A DNA stretch of 64,000 nucleotides from an uncultured bacterium (GTDB lineage Bacteria > Krumholzibacteriota > Krumholzibacteriia > Krumholzibacteriales > Krumholzibacteriaceae): assembly GCA_963786935.1 (NCBI GenBank), contig CAWBAN010000001.1:928001-992000 (forward strand). Reading direction: 5' to 3'. A program made the position numbers and the translations under genes. Of the stretch, positions 28,251-37,418 are shown piece after piece. Each line of letters begins with the position of its first letter. Position 1 is the first letter of the stretch. The notes under the pieces were generated by a model. That model saw only the letters and a list, made by a program, of their open reading frames with translations. It ran no database searches and was not told where the DNA came from.

Positions 28251-30227
28251 CTACCGGATGAAGAGCGGCGCGAAAACGAGCGCCACAACCGACATGAGCT
28301 TGATCAGGATGTTCATGCTCGGACCGCACGTGTCCTTGAACGGATCCCCCACGGTGTCGCCCACGACCGCGGCGGCGTGCGTCGGCGTTCCCTTCCCGCC
28401 GAGATTCCCTGCCTCGATCCACTTCTTGCTGTTGTCCCACGTGCCCCCGGCGTTCGCCATGAAGATGCCGAAGAGCACGCCCGTCGCCGTCGCGCCGGCG
28501 AGGAAACCGCCGAGCGCCGCGGGCCCGAGGGTGAACCCGACGATGAGCGGCAGGGCGACCGCGAGCGTGCCGGGGATTATCATTTCCCGGAGCGCGTTCT
28601 TCGTCACGATATCGACGCATTTGCCCGTATCGGGCTCCGCGGTCCCTTCCATGAGCCCCTTGATCTCGCGGAACTGCCTCCGTATCTCGATCACCAGCTT
28701 GTTGGCAGCTTTGCCCACGGCCTTCATCGTGAGAGAGGCGATCACGAGCGGCACCGCCGCGCCGAGGAAGAGCCCGATGACGACCGTCGCCGACGAGAGG
28801 CTGATGCTCTCGAGCTTCACCGTATTCTGGTACGCGCTGAAGAGCCCGAGCGCCGTGAGCGCCGCCGATCCGATCGCGAAGCCCTTCCCGATCGCCGCGG
28901 TCGTGTTGCCGAGCGAATCGAGCCGATCGGTGATTTTCCGAACTTCGGGACCCAGGTGCGACATCTCCGCGATGCCGCCGGCGTTATCGGCGATGGGACC
29001 GTACGAATCGGTCGACATAACGATGCCGATGGTCGCGAGCATGCCGACCGCGGAAAGTGCGATGCCGTAAAGACCGCTCGTCATGTACGCGATATAGATC
29101 GCGGCGCAGAGGGTCAGCATCGGCAGAATGACGCTCTCGAATCCGACGGCGAGCCCCGTGATGATCGTCGTCGCGGGTCCCGTCGTGCTCGCGTTCGCGA
29201 CCGTCTTCACCGGGGAGCCGGACGTGTAGAACTCGCTCTCGAGCCCGATGAGGATCCCCGCGAGGATGCCGGCGAGCACCGCATAGAACGGATTCAGGAC
29301 GCCGACGATCGCTTTCGTCGCGAAGAAGGCGCCGATGATGAATATACCGCCCGAGACGTATGTCGCGTAGCGAAGAGCCGACTGCGGATTCAACCGCTTG
29401 AGGAACCCGATCGACGCGATGCCGAGGAGCGAGGCAATGAGACCGATCCCGATCAACACCAGCGGCAGCGACATATACTGCAGCGGCGCCGCCAAAACCG
29501 CGCCGATCGCCATCGTCGCGACGACGCTCCCCACGTAGCTCTCGAACAGGTCCGCTCCCATGCCGGCCGTATCGCCGACGTTGTCGCCGACGTTGTCCGC
29601 GATGACTCCCGGATTCCGGGGATCGTCTTCGGGGATTCCCGCCTCGACTTTGCCGACGAGGTCGGCGCCCACGTCGGCGCTCTTCGTGTAGATGCCGCCG
29701 CCGACGCGCGCGAAGAGCGCGATCGAGCTCGCTCCCATCGCGAAGCCGTTGATGATGAGCGGATTCTGCGTGAAGAGATAGAAGAAGCCGAGCCCGACGA
29801 GCCCGAGCGCCGCGACGCTGATTCCCATGACCGAGCCGCCCCTGAACGCGACCGAGAGGGCGTTCGATATTCCTCCGTCCATCGCCGCCTGGGCCGTGCG
29901 CGCGTTGCTCCGCGTCGACGCCTGCATCCCGAGGAGCCCCGCGGTCATCGAGCACAGGGCGCCGCCGAGGAAGGCGACGGCGGTCCACACGCTCAGCGCG
30001 AGCGAAAGGACCGCGAAAACGACGACGATAAAGACGGCGATGATCTGGTATTCCCGTCTCAGGAACACGAACGCTCCATGATGGACCTTGTCGCAGAGCT
30101 TCTGCATGAGCTCGTTCCCGGCCGGCTTTCTCATGATATCGAAGTAGGTGATCACCGCGACGATCATCCCGGCGACGCCGAGCCAGGGGATCAATCCGGT
30201 CAACGTCCTCAACGCATCGACATTCAT
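28251..30227 (-). CDS. hppA: Membrane-bound pyrophosphatase, K+-dependent, probably Na+-translocating
   Basis: [28 protein letters not shown] (K+-dependent Ala), DLFESY and [10 protein letters not shown] motifs. Confidence 0.95.
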   Translation of the reverse strand: MNVDALRTLTGLIPWLGVAGMIVAVITYFDIMRKPAGNELMQKLCDKVHHGAFVFLRREYQIIAVFIVVVFAVLSLALSVWTAVAFLGGALCSMTAGLLGMQASTRSNARTAQAAMDGGISNALSVAFRGGSVMGISVAALGLVGLGFFYLFTQNPLIINGFAMGASSIALFARVGGGIYTKSADVGADLVGKVEAGIPEDDPRNPGVIADNVGDNVGDTAGMGADLFESYVGSVVATMAIGAVLAAPLQYMSLPLVLIGIGLIASLLGIASIGFLKRLNPQSALRYATYVSGGIFIIGAFFATKAIVGVLNPFYAVLAGILAGILIGLESEFYTSGSPVKTVANASTTGPATTIITGLAVGFESVILPMLTLCAAIYIAYMTSGLYGIALSAVGMLATIGIVMSTDSYGPIADNAGGIAEMSHLGPEVRKITDRLDSLGNTTAAIGKGFAIGSAALTALGLFSAYQNTVKLESISLSSATVVIGLFLGAAVPLVIASLTMKAVGKAANKLVIEIRRQFREIKGLMEGTAEPDTGKCVDIVTKNALREMIIPGTLAVALPLIVGFTLGPAALGGFLAGATATGVLFGIFMANAGGTWDNSKKWIEAGNLGGKGTPTHAAAVVGDTVGDPFKDTCGPSMNILIKLMSVVALVFAPLFIR

Positions 30228-30349
30228 CCTGCCCTCCCTTGCGATGGTGTCCGAAAACCCGAGAAATATATAACGCGCTGCACAATCGCGACAGATATAA
30301 TTCGAAAAGTAATACGGTCATCGCGCGCGAGTTGTCAAGCAGTTTTGCT

Positions 30350-31234
30350 TCAGGAGAGCGCCGCCGGAGCCTCGCGGAACCGCTGCGACGCTTCGCGCAA
30401 TTGCTTCACGTAGCGGATGGTCTTTTCGTCGACTTCGATCCGCGCCGCGACCTCCGCGTCGCCGAGCCCGCGGCCCATGAGGCAGAGAATCCCGTCGAGC
30501 GTTTCGTACGGCATGCCGAATATCTCCTCGTCCTTGACTCCGGCGAAGAGATCGGGGCTCGGTTTCTTCCGGAGGATCGGCTCCGGGAGAGCGATCTGCC
30601 CGCCCATTCGGAAGACCTGCATCTTGTACAGGTGCCGGATCGGGGCGATCTCTCCGGAATCGTCCCCGTACCGCACGAAGAAGCCGATCTCGAATTCCGT
30701 TCGATTCGCGCAGGCCGCGACGACACAATCGCGCCGCTCCGCCTCCCGGTACAGCTCGACGAGCCGCAGCCGGTGCTTTATGCGGACGAACGCGACGAAC
30801 TCCCGGAACTCCGCCGCGCCGCCCCCGGTGAGGCTCGCGAGGAAGTTCGCCCGCGCCGCGCCGGGGAAGAGCCGCGCCGCTCCGCGGGCGATGCCGCGCA
30901 GGCGGACGAACGCGCTCGCGCCGCTCCGGTAGCACCCGAGATCCTCGAGAGCCTTGGTGAGGTCGCGTGTCTCAAAGGGGATTCCGAGTTTCCGGGCGAG
31001 CGCGAGCGCGTCATCGGCGCTGTCCGGGGAGCTATCGCGTTCGGGCAAGAAAAAGGCATGAACGCGATCGGGAGGGAGCGCCCTCGCACAGAGGGACGCG
31101 ACGACCGCCGAATCGATGCCCCCGCTCAGGCCGAGACAGACGCCCTTCGCGCCGCGGCGCGCGACGAAATCAGCGACGAAGGAAACGATCCGCTCCGTCT
31201 CCCGCCCGCAATCGATTGCAAGCTCGGGAATCAC
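30350..31234 (-). CDS. nadE: NH3-dependent NAD+ synthetase
   Basis: GLSGGIDS, GFF..YGD, LYK.QV and KPSPDL...DE motifs; no glutaminase domain. Confidence 0.85.
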   Translation of the reverse strand: MIPELAIDCGRETERIVSFVADFVARRGAKGVCLGLSGGIDSAVVASLCARALPPDRVHAFFLPERDSSPDSADDALALARKLGIPFETRDLTKALEDLGCYRSGASAFVRLRGIARGAARLFPGAARANFLASLTGGGAAEFREFVAFVRIKHRLRLVELYREAERRDCVVAACANRTEFEIGFFVRYGDDSGEIAPIRHLYKMQVFRMGGQIALPEPILRKKPSPDLFAGVKDEEIFGMPYETLDGILCLMGRGLGDAEVAARIEVDEKTIRYVKQLREASQRFREAPAALS

Positions 31235-31246
31235 GGCAGACCCATC

Positions 31247-32446
31247 TCACTTGATGACGCCGAGCCTCTTCCCCACCTTCGTGAAGGCCGCGATCGCCTT
31301 GTCGAGCTGCTCCGGGGTATGCGCCGCGGAGATCTGCGTCCTGATGCGGGCCGCGCCCTTCGGCACCACCGGATAGAAGAAGCCGATGACGTAGATGCCC
31401 TCGTCGAGGAGCTGCGCCGCCATCATCTGAGCGAGCTTCGCGTCACCGAGCATGACCGGCACGATCGGATGCTCGCTCGGAATGATATCGAAGCCGGCGG
31501 CGGTCATCTTCTCCCGGAAATATTTCGTGTTCTTCCGCAGACGTTCCCGCAGGTCGCTCGTCCGCGAGAGCATGTCGAGCACCGCGATCGACGCGGCGAC
31601 GAGCGCCGGCGCCATCGTGTTCGAGAAGAGGTACGGCCGGGACCGCTGCCGCAGGAGGTCGATGATCTCGCGCCGGCCAGTCGTGAAGCCGCCCGACGCG
31701 CCGCCGAGCGCCTTGCCGAGCGTCGACGTGATGATGTCGACCCGTCCCATGGCGCCGGCGTGCTCGACCGCCCCGCGCCCCGTCGGGCCGAAGAATCCGG
31801 TCGCGTGGGAATCGTCGACCATCACCAACGCGCCGTACTCGTCGGCGAGGTCGCAGATCTTATCCACCTTCGCCACGATGCCGTCCATCGAGAAGACGCC
31901 GTCCGTGGCGATCATGATGCGCTTCGCTCCCGCGGCTTTCGCCTCGTCGAGCCTCGCGCGCAGGTCGGCCATGTCGTTGTTGTTGTACCGGTACCGCTTC
32001 GCCTTGCAGAGCCGCACGCCGTCGATGATCGAGGCGTGGTTGAGGGCGTCGGAGATGACGGCGTCCTCCTCCCCGAGCACCACCTCGAACAGGCCGCCGT
32101 TCGCGTCGAAGCACGAGGAATAGAGAATCGCGTCGTCGGTCCCGAAGAACTCCGAGATCTTGCGCTCGAGCCGCTTGTGGATGTCCTGCGTCCCGCAGAT
32201 GAACCGCACCGACGAGAGCCCGAAGCCGTGGGTCCGCATCGCCTCGCACGCCGCGGCGGCGAGCTCCGCGCTGTTGGAGAGCCCGAGATAGTTGTTCGCG
32301 CAGAAGTTGAGGACCTCCTGCCCCGACTCCACCCTGATCGCGGGGCGCTGCTCGGTGACGATGATCCGCTCCGTCTTGAAGAGCCCCGCGTCCCTGATCT
32401 CCTGAAGCGTCGCCTGCAGCTCTTTTTTCAGCTTATCCGAGTACAT
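31247..32446 (-). CDS. kbl: Glycine C-acetyltransferase
   Basis: [36 protein letters not shown] and [10 protein letters not shown] motifs. Confidence 0.96.
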   Translation of the reverse strand: MYSDKLKKELQATLQEIRDAGLFKTERIIVTEQRPAIRVESGQEVLNFCANNYLGLSNSAELAAAACEAMRTHGFGLSSVRFICGTQDIHKRLERKISEFFGTDDAILYSSCFDANGGLFEVVLGEEDAVISDALNHASIIDGVRLCKAKRYRYNNNDMADLRARLDEAKAAGAKRIMIATDGVFSMDGIVAKVDKICDLADEYGALVMVDDSHATGFFGPTGRGAVEHAGAMGRVDIITSTLGKALGGASGGFTTGRREIIDLLRQRSRPYLFSNTMAPALVAASIAVLDMLSRTSDLRERLRKNTKYFREKMTAAGFDIIPSEHPIVPVMLGDAKLAQMMAAQLLDEGIYVIGFFYPVVPKGAARIRTQISAAHTPEQLDKAIAAFTKVGKRLGVIK

Positions 32447-32468
32447 CGATTCCTCTCTTCGTGCGAGT

Positions 32469-33464
32469 TTACACGAGCAGCCCTTGCTCGTGCCGTTTCC
32501 CGAGCACCGCGATCATATCCGCCGCCATCGCCGCGAGATCGTAGTCGGGGCGCCAATCCCACTCGTCCCGCGCGGCGCTGTCGTCCATGTAGTTCGGCCA
32601 CGAGTCGGCGATCCGCTGCCGCATCGGATCGACGCGGTACTCCATGGTGAATTCGGGAATGTGCTTCTTGATCTCCGCCTCGAGCATTTCGGGGGTGAAA
32701 TGCATCGCGGTGACGTTGAAGGAATTCCGGTGCTTCAACCGCGCCTGATCGGCCTCCATGACCCCGATGGCCGCCTTGATCGCGTCCGGCATGTACATCA
32801 TGTCGAGCGAGGTGCCCTGCTTGAGGAAGCAGGTGTACTTCCGCCTCTTGATCGCCTCGTAGAAGATCTCCACCGCGTAATCGGTCGTCCCGCCTCCGGG
32901 GAGCGTGCCGTTCGAGATGATCCCCGGGAAGCGGACCCCGCGCGCATCGACGCCGAAGCGCTTGAAGTAGTAGTCGCAGAGCAGCTCCCCCGACACTTTC
33001 GTCACGCCGTACATCGATTCGGGCCGCTGGATCGTGTCCTGAGGCGTTCCGTCCTGCGGCGTCGAGGGGCCGAAGGCGCCGATGGAGCTCGGGAAGAAGA
33101 TGCAGCACTGGTTCGCCCGCGCGGCGTCGAGGACGTTGAGGAGACCGCCCATGTTGATGTCCCATCCCTCGCGCGGCTTCCGCTCGGCCACCGCGGAGAG
33201 CAGCGCGGCGAGATGGTAGATCGTGTTGACCCGGTACTTCTGCACGACCTCATCGACCATCTCGGGCTTGAGCACGTCGAGCAGGGCGAACGGCACATCC
33301 CCGGACAGCTTCTTCTTGGCGTCGGGCTGGATGTCGGTCGCGATCACGTTTTCGGCGCCGTACCGCTCCTTGAGACCGATGGTCAGCTCCGAGCCGATCT
33401 GTCCGAGGGCCCCGGTGACGAGGACTCTGCGTGTTGTCTGTGTGCCCATACCGTTACTTTGCAC
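32469..33464 (-). CDS. tdh: L-threonine 3-dehydrogenase, SDR/GalE-like type
   Basis: [37 protein letters not shown] and IADSWP motifs; adjacent to kbl. Confidence 0.9.
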   Translation of the reverse strand: MQSNGMGTQTTRRVLVTGALGQIGSELTIGLKERYGAENVIATDIQPDAKKKLSGDVPFALLDVLKPEMVDEVVQKYRVNTIYHLAALLSAVAERKPREGWDINMGGLLNVLDAARANQCCIFFPSSIGAFGPSTPQDGTPQDTIQRPESMYGVTKVSGELLCDYYFKRFGVDARGVRFPGIISNGTLPGGGTTDYAVEIFYEAIKRRKYTCFLKQGTSLDMMYMPDAIKAAIGVMEADQARLKHRNSFNVTAMHFTPEMLEAEIKKHIPEFTMEYRVDPMRQRIADSWPNYMDDSAARDEWDWRPDYDLAAMAADMIAVLGKRHEQGLLV

Positions 33465-35562
33465 CCCCTGCTTTGACGATCGTGAGAGCCTTCTCGGCCG
33501 CCGCGAGGAGCGCTTCGGCCCCGACGGGCGAACCGGTCGCGTTCTTCATCCACAGATCGGGAGCGACGCTGCCGAAGATCGCCATGCGCTCGAACTCGGG
33601 CCCCACGCTCCCGGCCTCTTCCATGCGCGCTTCGATCTGGTTCGCAATGAGGTGCCCGATCGGGTAATCGGGCAGGTAGAGGTACGAATCGATCATATGC
33701 GAGTAGATCCCGAGCAGCATGACGTCCTTCGCCTTGAAGACGGTCGCGAAGTACCTGTTCCAGACATCCTTCGAAATGTTGATCACGGCGTCCTTGAGCT
33801 CCGCCGGAGTCGCGTCCGGATGATCGTACATCCAGCGCCAGACCTCCATGTCGACGAGCGACACGGCCGAGATTTCGAAGGCCCCCCAGAAATCGTTCAG
33901 CGTCTTGAGCGCGGCGGCCGTTTCGTCCCCCTTCACGTCGAGCCCGAGGATCTCGAGATCGCGCGATTGGAAGACGAACGCGAAGCCTTCGGTGAACGCC
34001 GTGTTCGGCACGCCCTGCAGGAGCGCGTAATCGACGTCGTTGAGCGAGAGCACCTGCTCGACGTTGTGCCCGAGCTCATGCACGGCGATGTTGAAGCCCT
34101 TGTAATCCATGCCGGTCTTCCCGACGCGCGTGCGCAGGTGCGCCGTCGCGCCGCGCATGCCGCCGCCGGAGGCGTGCCCGGAGCCCCGCGCCGGATCGAC
34201 CGAGATGTACCGCGCGATGTACGCGGCGCGGTCGCCCGAGAACCCGAGCTTCACGAGGATGTTCGGGATGTCCTTCTCGAAGGCCGCGGGCGTCGGATAT
34301 TTCTCGGTAACGACCTTGTCGAGCTGCTCCTGCGAGTACGCGCTCCGCGCCCTGAATCCGTTATACCAGATATCGTACGGCTCGAGCTTCCGGTCGAGGC
34401 GCGATTCGATGAGCTTCGCCACTTTCGGCACGAGCGGCGACGACACGACCTGCACGAGCATCGCCTTTGCGCGCGCTTCGGGTATCTCGCGGTTCTCATC
34501 GAACCGGCGCGCGATGAGCGTCGGCGCCGTCGGCGAGTAGGGGTCGATGAGCCGGGACGCCTTGAACGTGCTGAGCAGGATGGCGTAGCGCGTATCCGGC
34601 TCGGGGCTGTTCGTCACTCCCGCCGCGGGGGGCGCATCCCCCTCATAGTCCTTCACCGCGGCCGGCTTCACCTCGTTCGTATAGGGATTCCAGTCGACTC
34701 CCGGATTGTCCACGACCGCCGCCGGAATCGTCTGCGTGATGATCCGTTCCATCACCTGGCGGATCATGCGCTGCTTGGCGGGGCCGTTCTTCCGGTCCTG
34801 ATAGTCGGCCTTGAGCTCGTCCCGAAGATTCCAGTGCGAAAGGAGCTTCATGCCGGCGGGGAACAGGCGCTTCCCCTTCGCGTCGACGAGGTGATGCATC
34901 CAGATGTTATAGCCGGAGATGTACCGGTCGGCCGCCGAGAAGGTCTTCGCCACCTCGAGGTTGACCTCGGCGGGAATGCGCTTGGAGAAACGCTGGGCGA
35001 GGCGCGCCTCGGCCCACTGCCGCCGCGTCCACCCCGTGCCGTCCGTGAGGCGCTGGTCGAGCGTCGTGAGCGGGAAGTTCAGGAGCACGACGAACGCGAT
35101 CTTGTTCTGGAAGAAATCGTCCAGCACGTGAGCCGAGGCGTCGTACCCGGCGAAGATCTCGTCCATGGGGAGCACCGGCCCGATATCGAGGTCGGTCTGC
35201 CACCGGAACTCGAGCCCGATCTCGTTCATGTGGCCGTTCAGCTTGTCGAGGAGCCGCTCGAACCGATTGAACATCTCGTCGCGCGTCTTCGCGTCGCCGG
35301 CGAAATTGAGGCGCACAAACTCCTCGAAAACGGCCGCGTCGCCGTCCTCGACGCGCCAGAAATTGGCGACCTGCTCCATGCCGCGGCGCGCGTTCGCGCG
35401 CACCGCGTCGCCGTACGTCGCGACGAGCTCGCGCTCGAGCTTCGCGATCGAACCCTGCATCCATGCGGGTGCTTCGGCCTGTGCATGCGCTCCGTTCATT
35501 CCGCACAGGATAACGGCAACCGCGACGAGAGCGCAAACAGCTTTTTCCCGTGAACCGCTCAT
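33454..35562 (-). CDS. Secreted putative gluzincin metallopeptidase (M3/M32-like, uncharacterised)
   Basis: Signal peptide; HELGH plus downstream FTEGFA; late H...Y...Y motif. Confidence 0.65.
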   Translation of the reverse strand: MSGSREKAVCALVAVAVILCGMNGAHAQAEAPAWMQGSIAKLERELVATYGDAVRANARRGMEQVANFWRVEDGDAAVFEEFVRLNFAGDAKTRDEMFNRFERLLDKLNGHMNEIGLEFRWQTDLDIGPVLPMDEIFAGYDASAHVLDDFFQNKIAFVVLLNFPLTTLDQRLTDGTGWTRRQWAEARLAQRFSKRIPAEVNLEVAKTFSAADRYISGYNIWMHHLVDAKGKRLFPAGMKLLSHWNLRDELKADYQDRKNGPAKQRMIRQVMERIITQTIPAAVVDNPGVDWNPYTNEVKPAAVKDYEGDAPPAAGVTNSPEPDTRYAILLSTFKASRLIDPYSPTAPTLIARRFDENREIPEARAKAMLVQVVSSPLVPKVAKLIESRLDRKLEPYDIWYNGFRARSAYSQEQLDKVVTEKYPTPAAFEKDIPNILVKLGFSGDRAAYIARYISVDPARGSGHASGGGMRGATAHLRTRVGKTGMDYKGFNIAVHELGHNVEQVLSLNDVDYALLQGVPNTAFTEGFAFVFQSRDLEILGLDVKGDETAAALKTLNDFWGAFEISAVSLVDMEVWRWMYDHPDATPAELKDAVINISKDVWNRYFATVFKAKDVMLLGIYSHMIDSYLYLPDYPIGHLIANQIEARMEEAGSVGPEFERMAIFGSVAPDLWMKNATGSPVGAEALLAAAEKALTIVKAGGAK

Positions 35563-35835
35563 CGCACGCTCCTTGCTCCTCGATGCGCCTTCGCGATTTT
35601 TCCGGCGTCCCGAACGGGGCGCCCTTGGAACATATCGGATAGAATTGCAGAACTCCTTCGCTTAGGCAAGGCAGAAAATCCAGCAGAAAGCGTGCCGAAT
35701 CGACGGTTTGGACCGGGAAGCGATCTTGACGGCGGGGCAGTCCGGTGGCAGCCTGCTCGCGGTGGTTTTCGGGTCCCGCGATGCTCGGCTGCGACCGGAA
35801 TCCAGCCCCGCGTAACCGATTTATTGGGTTGATGT

Positions 35836-35865
35836 TTGATAATAATGCTTGCAATTTAGTATAAT
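35836..35865 (+). promoter_or_regulatory. Putative sigma70 promoter
   Basis: TTGATA-18 nt-TATAAT in an AT-rich stretch upstream of 35945. Confidence 0.5.
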
Positions 35866-35944
35866 ATAGGGTAAACTACTCATAGCGTAAATATTATTCA
35901 TCCCGAGGGAAGAAGAATCCCATATTTTATTCAGGGAGGGGAAC

Positions 35945-36532
35945 ATGAAGTCATTGCGGACAGTTGCTTTCTTCGCCGCTGCTTTTGTCCTTTTGGTCCT
36001 GCCGGTGGCCGTGTGGGCTATTGATACCGGTACCGCTCTTTTGACGAATGTGACGCCCGTCAACGGTGGATGCGTGTCCGGCCCGAACGGCCGCACCGTC
36101 GAGGCGTGGGACATCCAGCCCGGCTTTACCTACATCCTCACGATCTCGAACGTCACGGAGTGCGCCAACGGCGGCACGGACCCGACGCTCAACATGAGGA
36201 TCAACAGCTCGCAGCCGGGGTATGAATACACGGACCTCGTCGCGGTTTACGTTTCCCCCGGCGTCTATCAGCTGACTTTCACGCTGCCCGGGCATGCCTG
36301 GTGCACCCTGCCCATATATTACTGCACGACCCCCGGCGTCTATACCTCCGGAATTCTCGTGCGCCGGCATGACGGCGGGACCAATCCCCAGGGCGATCCC
36401 TACATGGCGCACCTGCGCGCTTCGTCGTGGGGTCCGGGGTGCACCAACCCGATTCCGATTCTCGGCCCCGAGTGCGGCGCGCTCGGCACCGAGGATTCGA
36501 ACTGGGGTGCGGTAAAAGCGATTTACCGGTAG
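35945..36532 (+). CDS. Secreted Cys-containing hypothetical protein with WGxVK tail
   Basis: GGAGGG RBS; signal peptide; six Cys; ends CGALGTEDSNWGAVKAIYR. Confidence 0.8.
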   Translation: MKSLRTVAFFAAAFVLLVLPVAVWAIDTGTALLTNVTPVNGGCVSGPNGRTVEAWDIQPGFTYILTISNVTECANGGTDPTLNMRINSSQPGYEYTDLVAVYVSPGVYQLTFTLPGHAWCTLPIYYCTTPGVYTSGILVRRHDGGTNPQGDPYMAHLRASSWGPGCTNPIPILGPECGALGTEDSNWGAVKAIYR

Positions 36533-36585
36533 GCGCCTCGATCGCCTCGGGCGATTGCGGGAGTCGCTTCACGCTCTTCGATTTT

Positions 36586-36629
36586 GAGAGGATGACCCGA
36601 ATGATCTTGAGGGTCATCCTCTCGCTTTT
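36586..36629 (+). terminator. Intrinsic terminator between convergent genes
   Basis: Perfect 13-bp inverted repeat GAGAGGATGACCC/GGGTCATCCTCTC followed by GCTTTT. Confidence 0.7.
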
Positions 36630-36650
36630 ATGATCCGGAAGCGCCAGGGC

Positions 36651-37001
36651 TCAGCGGTTGGTCAGATAGGGTATTCCATGCGCCAGTCCCCAGAGAACGG
36701 CGGATACGGCCAATAATTTAATCACATACAAACGCCAGTGAATGACAGTGGCCGGCTCGCTATTCGACGTGAGCCCATTCAGCCGAGTAATATCAATGCG
36801 GCGAATGATGATAAGTCCTACGACGATCGCCCAGAAAACCACATCGATAAAAGAGAATGCATGTTTCTGAAAGATGAAAAACGAAAGCACGAACAACGCC
36901 AGGTTGCCTGCCATGAGCCAAAGCATGCGCACAATAAGCCCGCTGCAACCTATCGGCGCCGGCTCCGGTAAATTGTGCCCGGATTGATTCGGACTCGACA
37001 T
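36651..37001 (-). CDS. Small hypothetical membrane protein (about 3 TM), lower GC
   Basis: GGAGG RBS before MSSPNQ; three hydrophobic segments. Confidence 0.65.
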   Translation of the reverse strand: MSSPNQSGHNLPEPAPIGCSGLIVRMLWLMAGNLALFVLSFFIFQKHAFSFIDVVFWAIVVGLIIIRRIDITRLNGLTSNSEPATVIHWRLYVIKLLAVSAVLWGLAHGIPYLTNR

Positions 37002-37299
37002 AGCCACCTCCCAAACAACGTCCGATGACGGACGCGGCTACGGAGCACGCTCAGCAATGCATCCAGTAGCTTTGTTTGGATGGCGGCCCGACCACCCGTT
37101 CAACCTCCGGTGGAGCGATCTCGATCCACCGAACCCTTCTGCAACGGGGCTCAAATCTCTTGTCGAAGGGATAATAGCATGAACCAGTCTGCGCTCAAAG
37201 CCAATTTCGAATGATGATCGAATCCCGGCGGGATTCAAACCTGCCAAATCACCGCGGCGTTCGCGGCAACATGATGCCCCTGCAGGCGCTTTATTGAAT

Positions 37300-37377
<78 letters not shown>

Positions 37378-37418
37378 GCCTGCGATTCGATGGAATCTAT
37401 CAATTGAGTCGGCGTGCG

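Noticed and set aside
37378..37380. tRNA-Glu leader GGC extending the acceptor stem
   Set aside because: Only 3 bp; could easily be chance.
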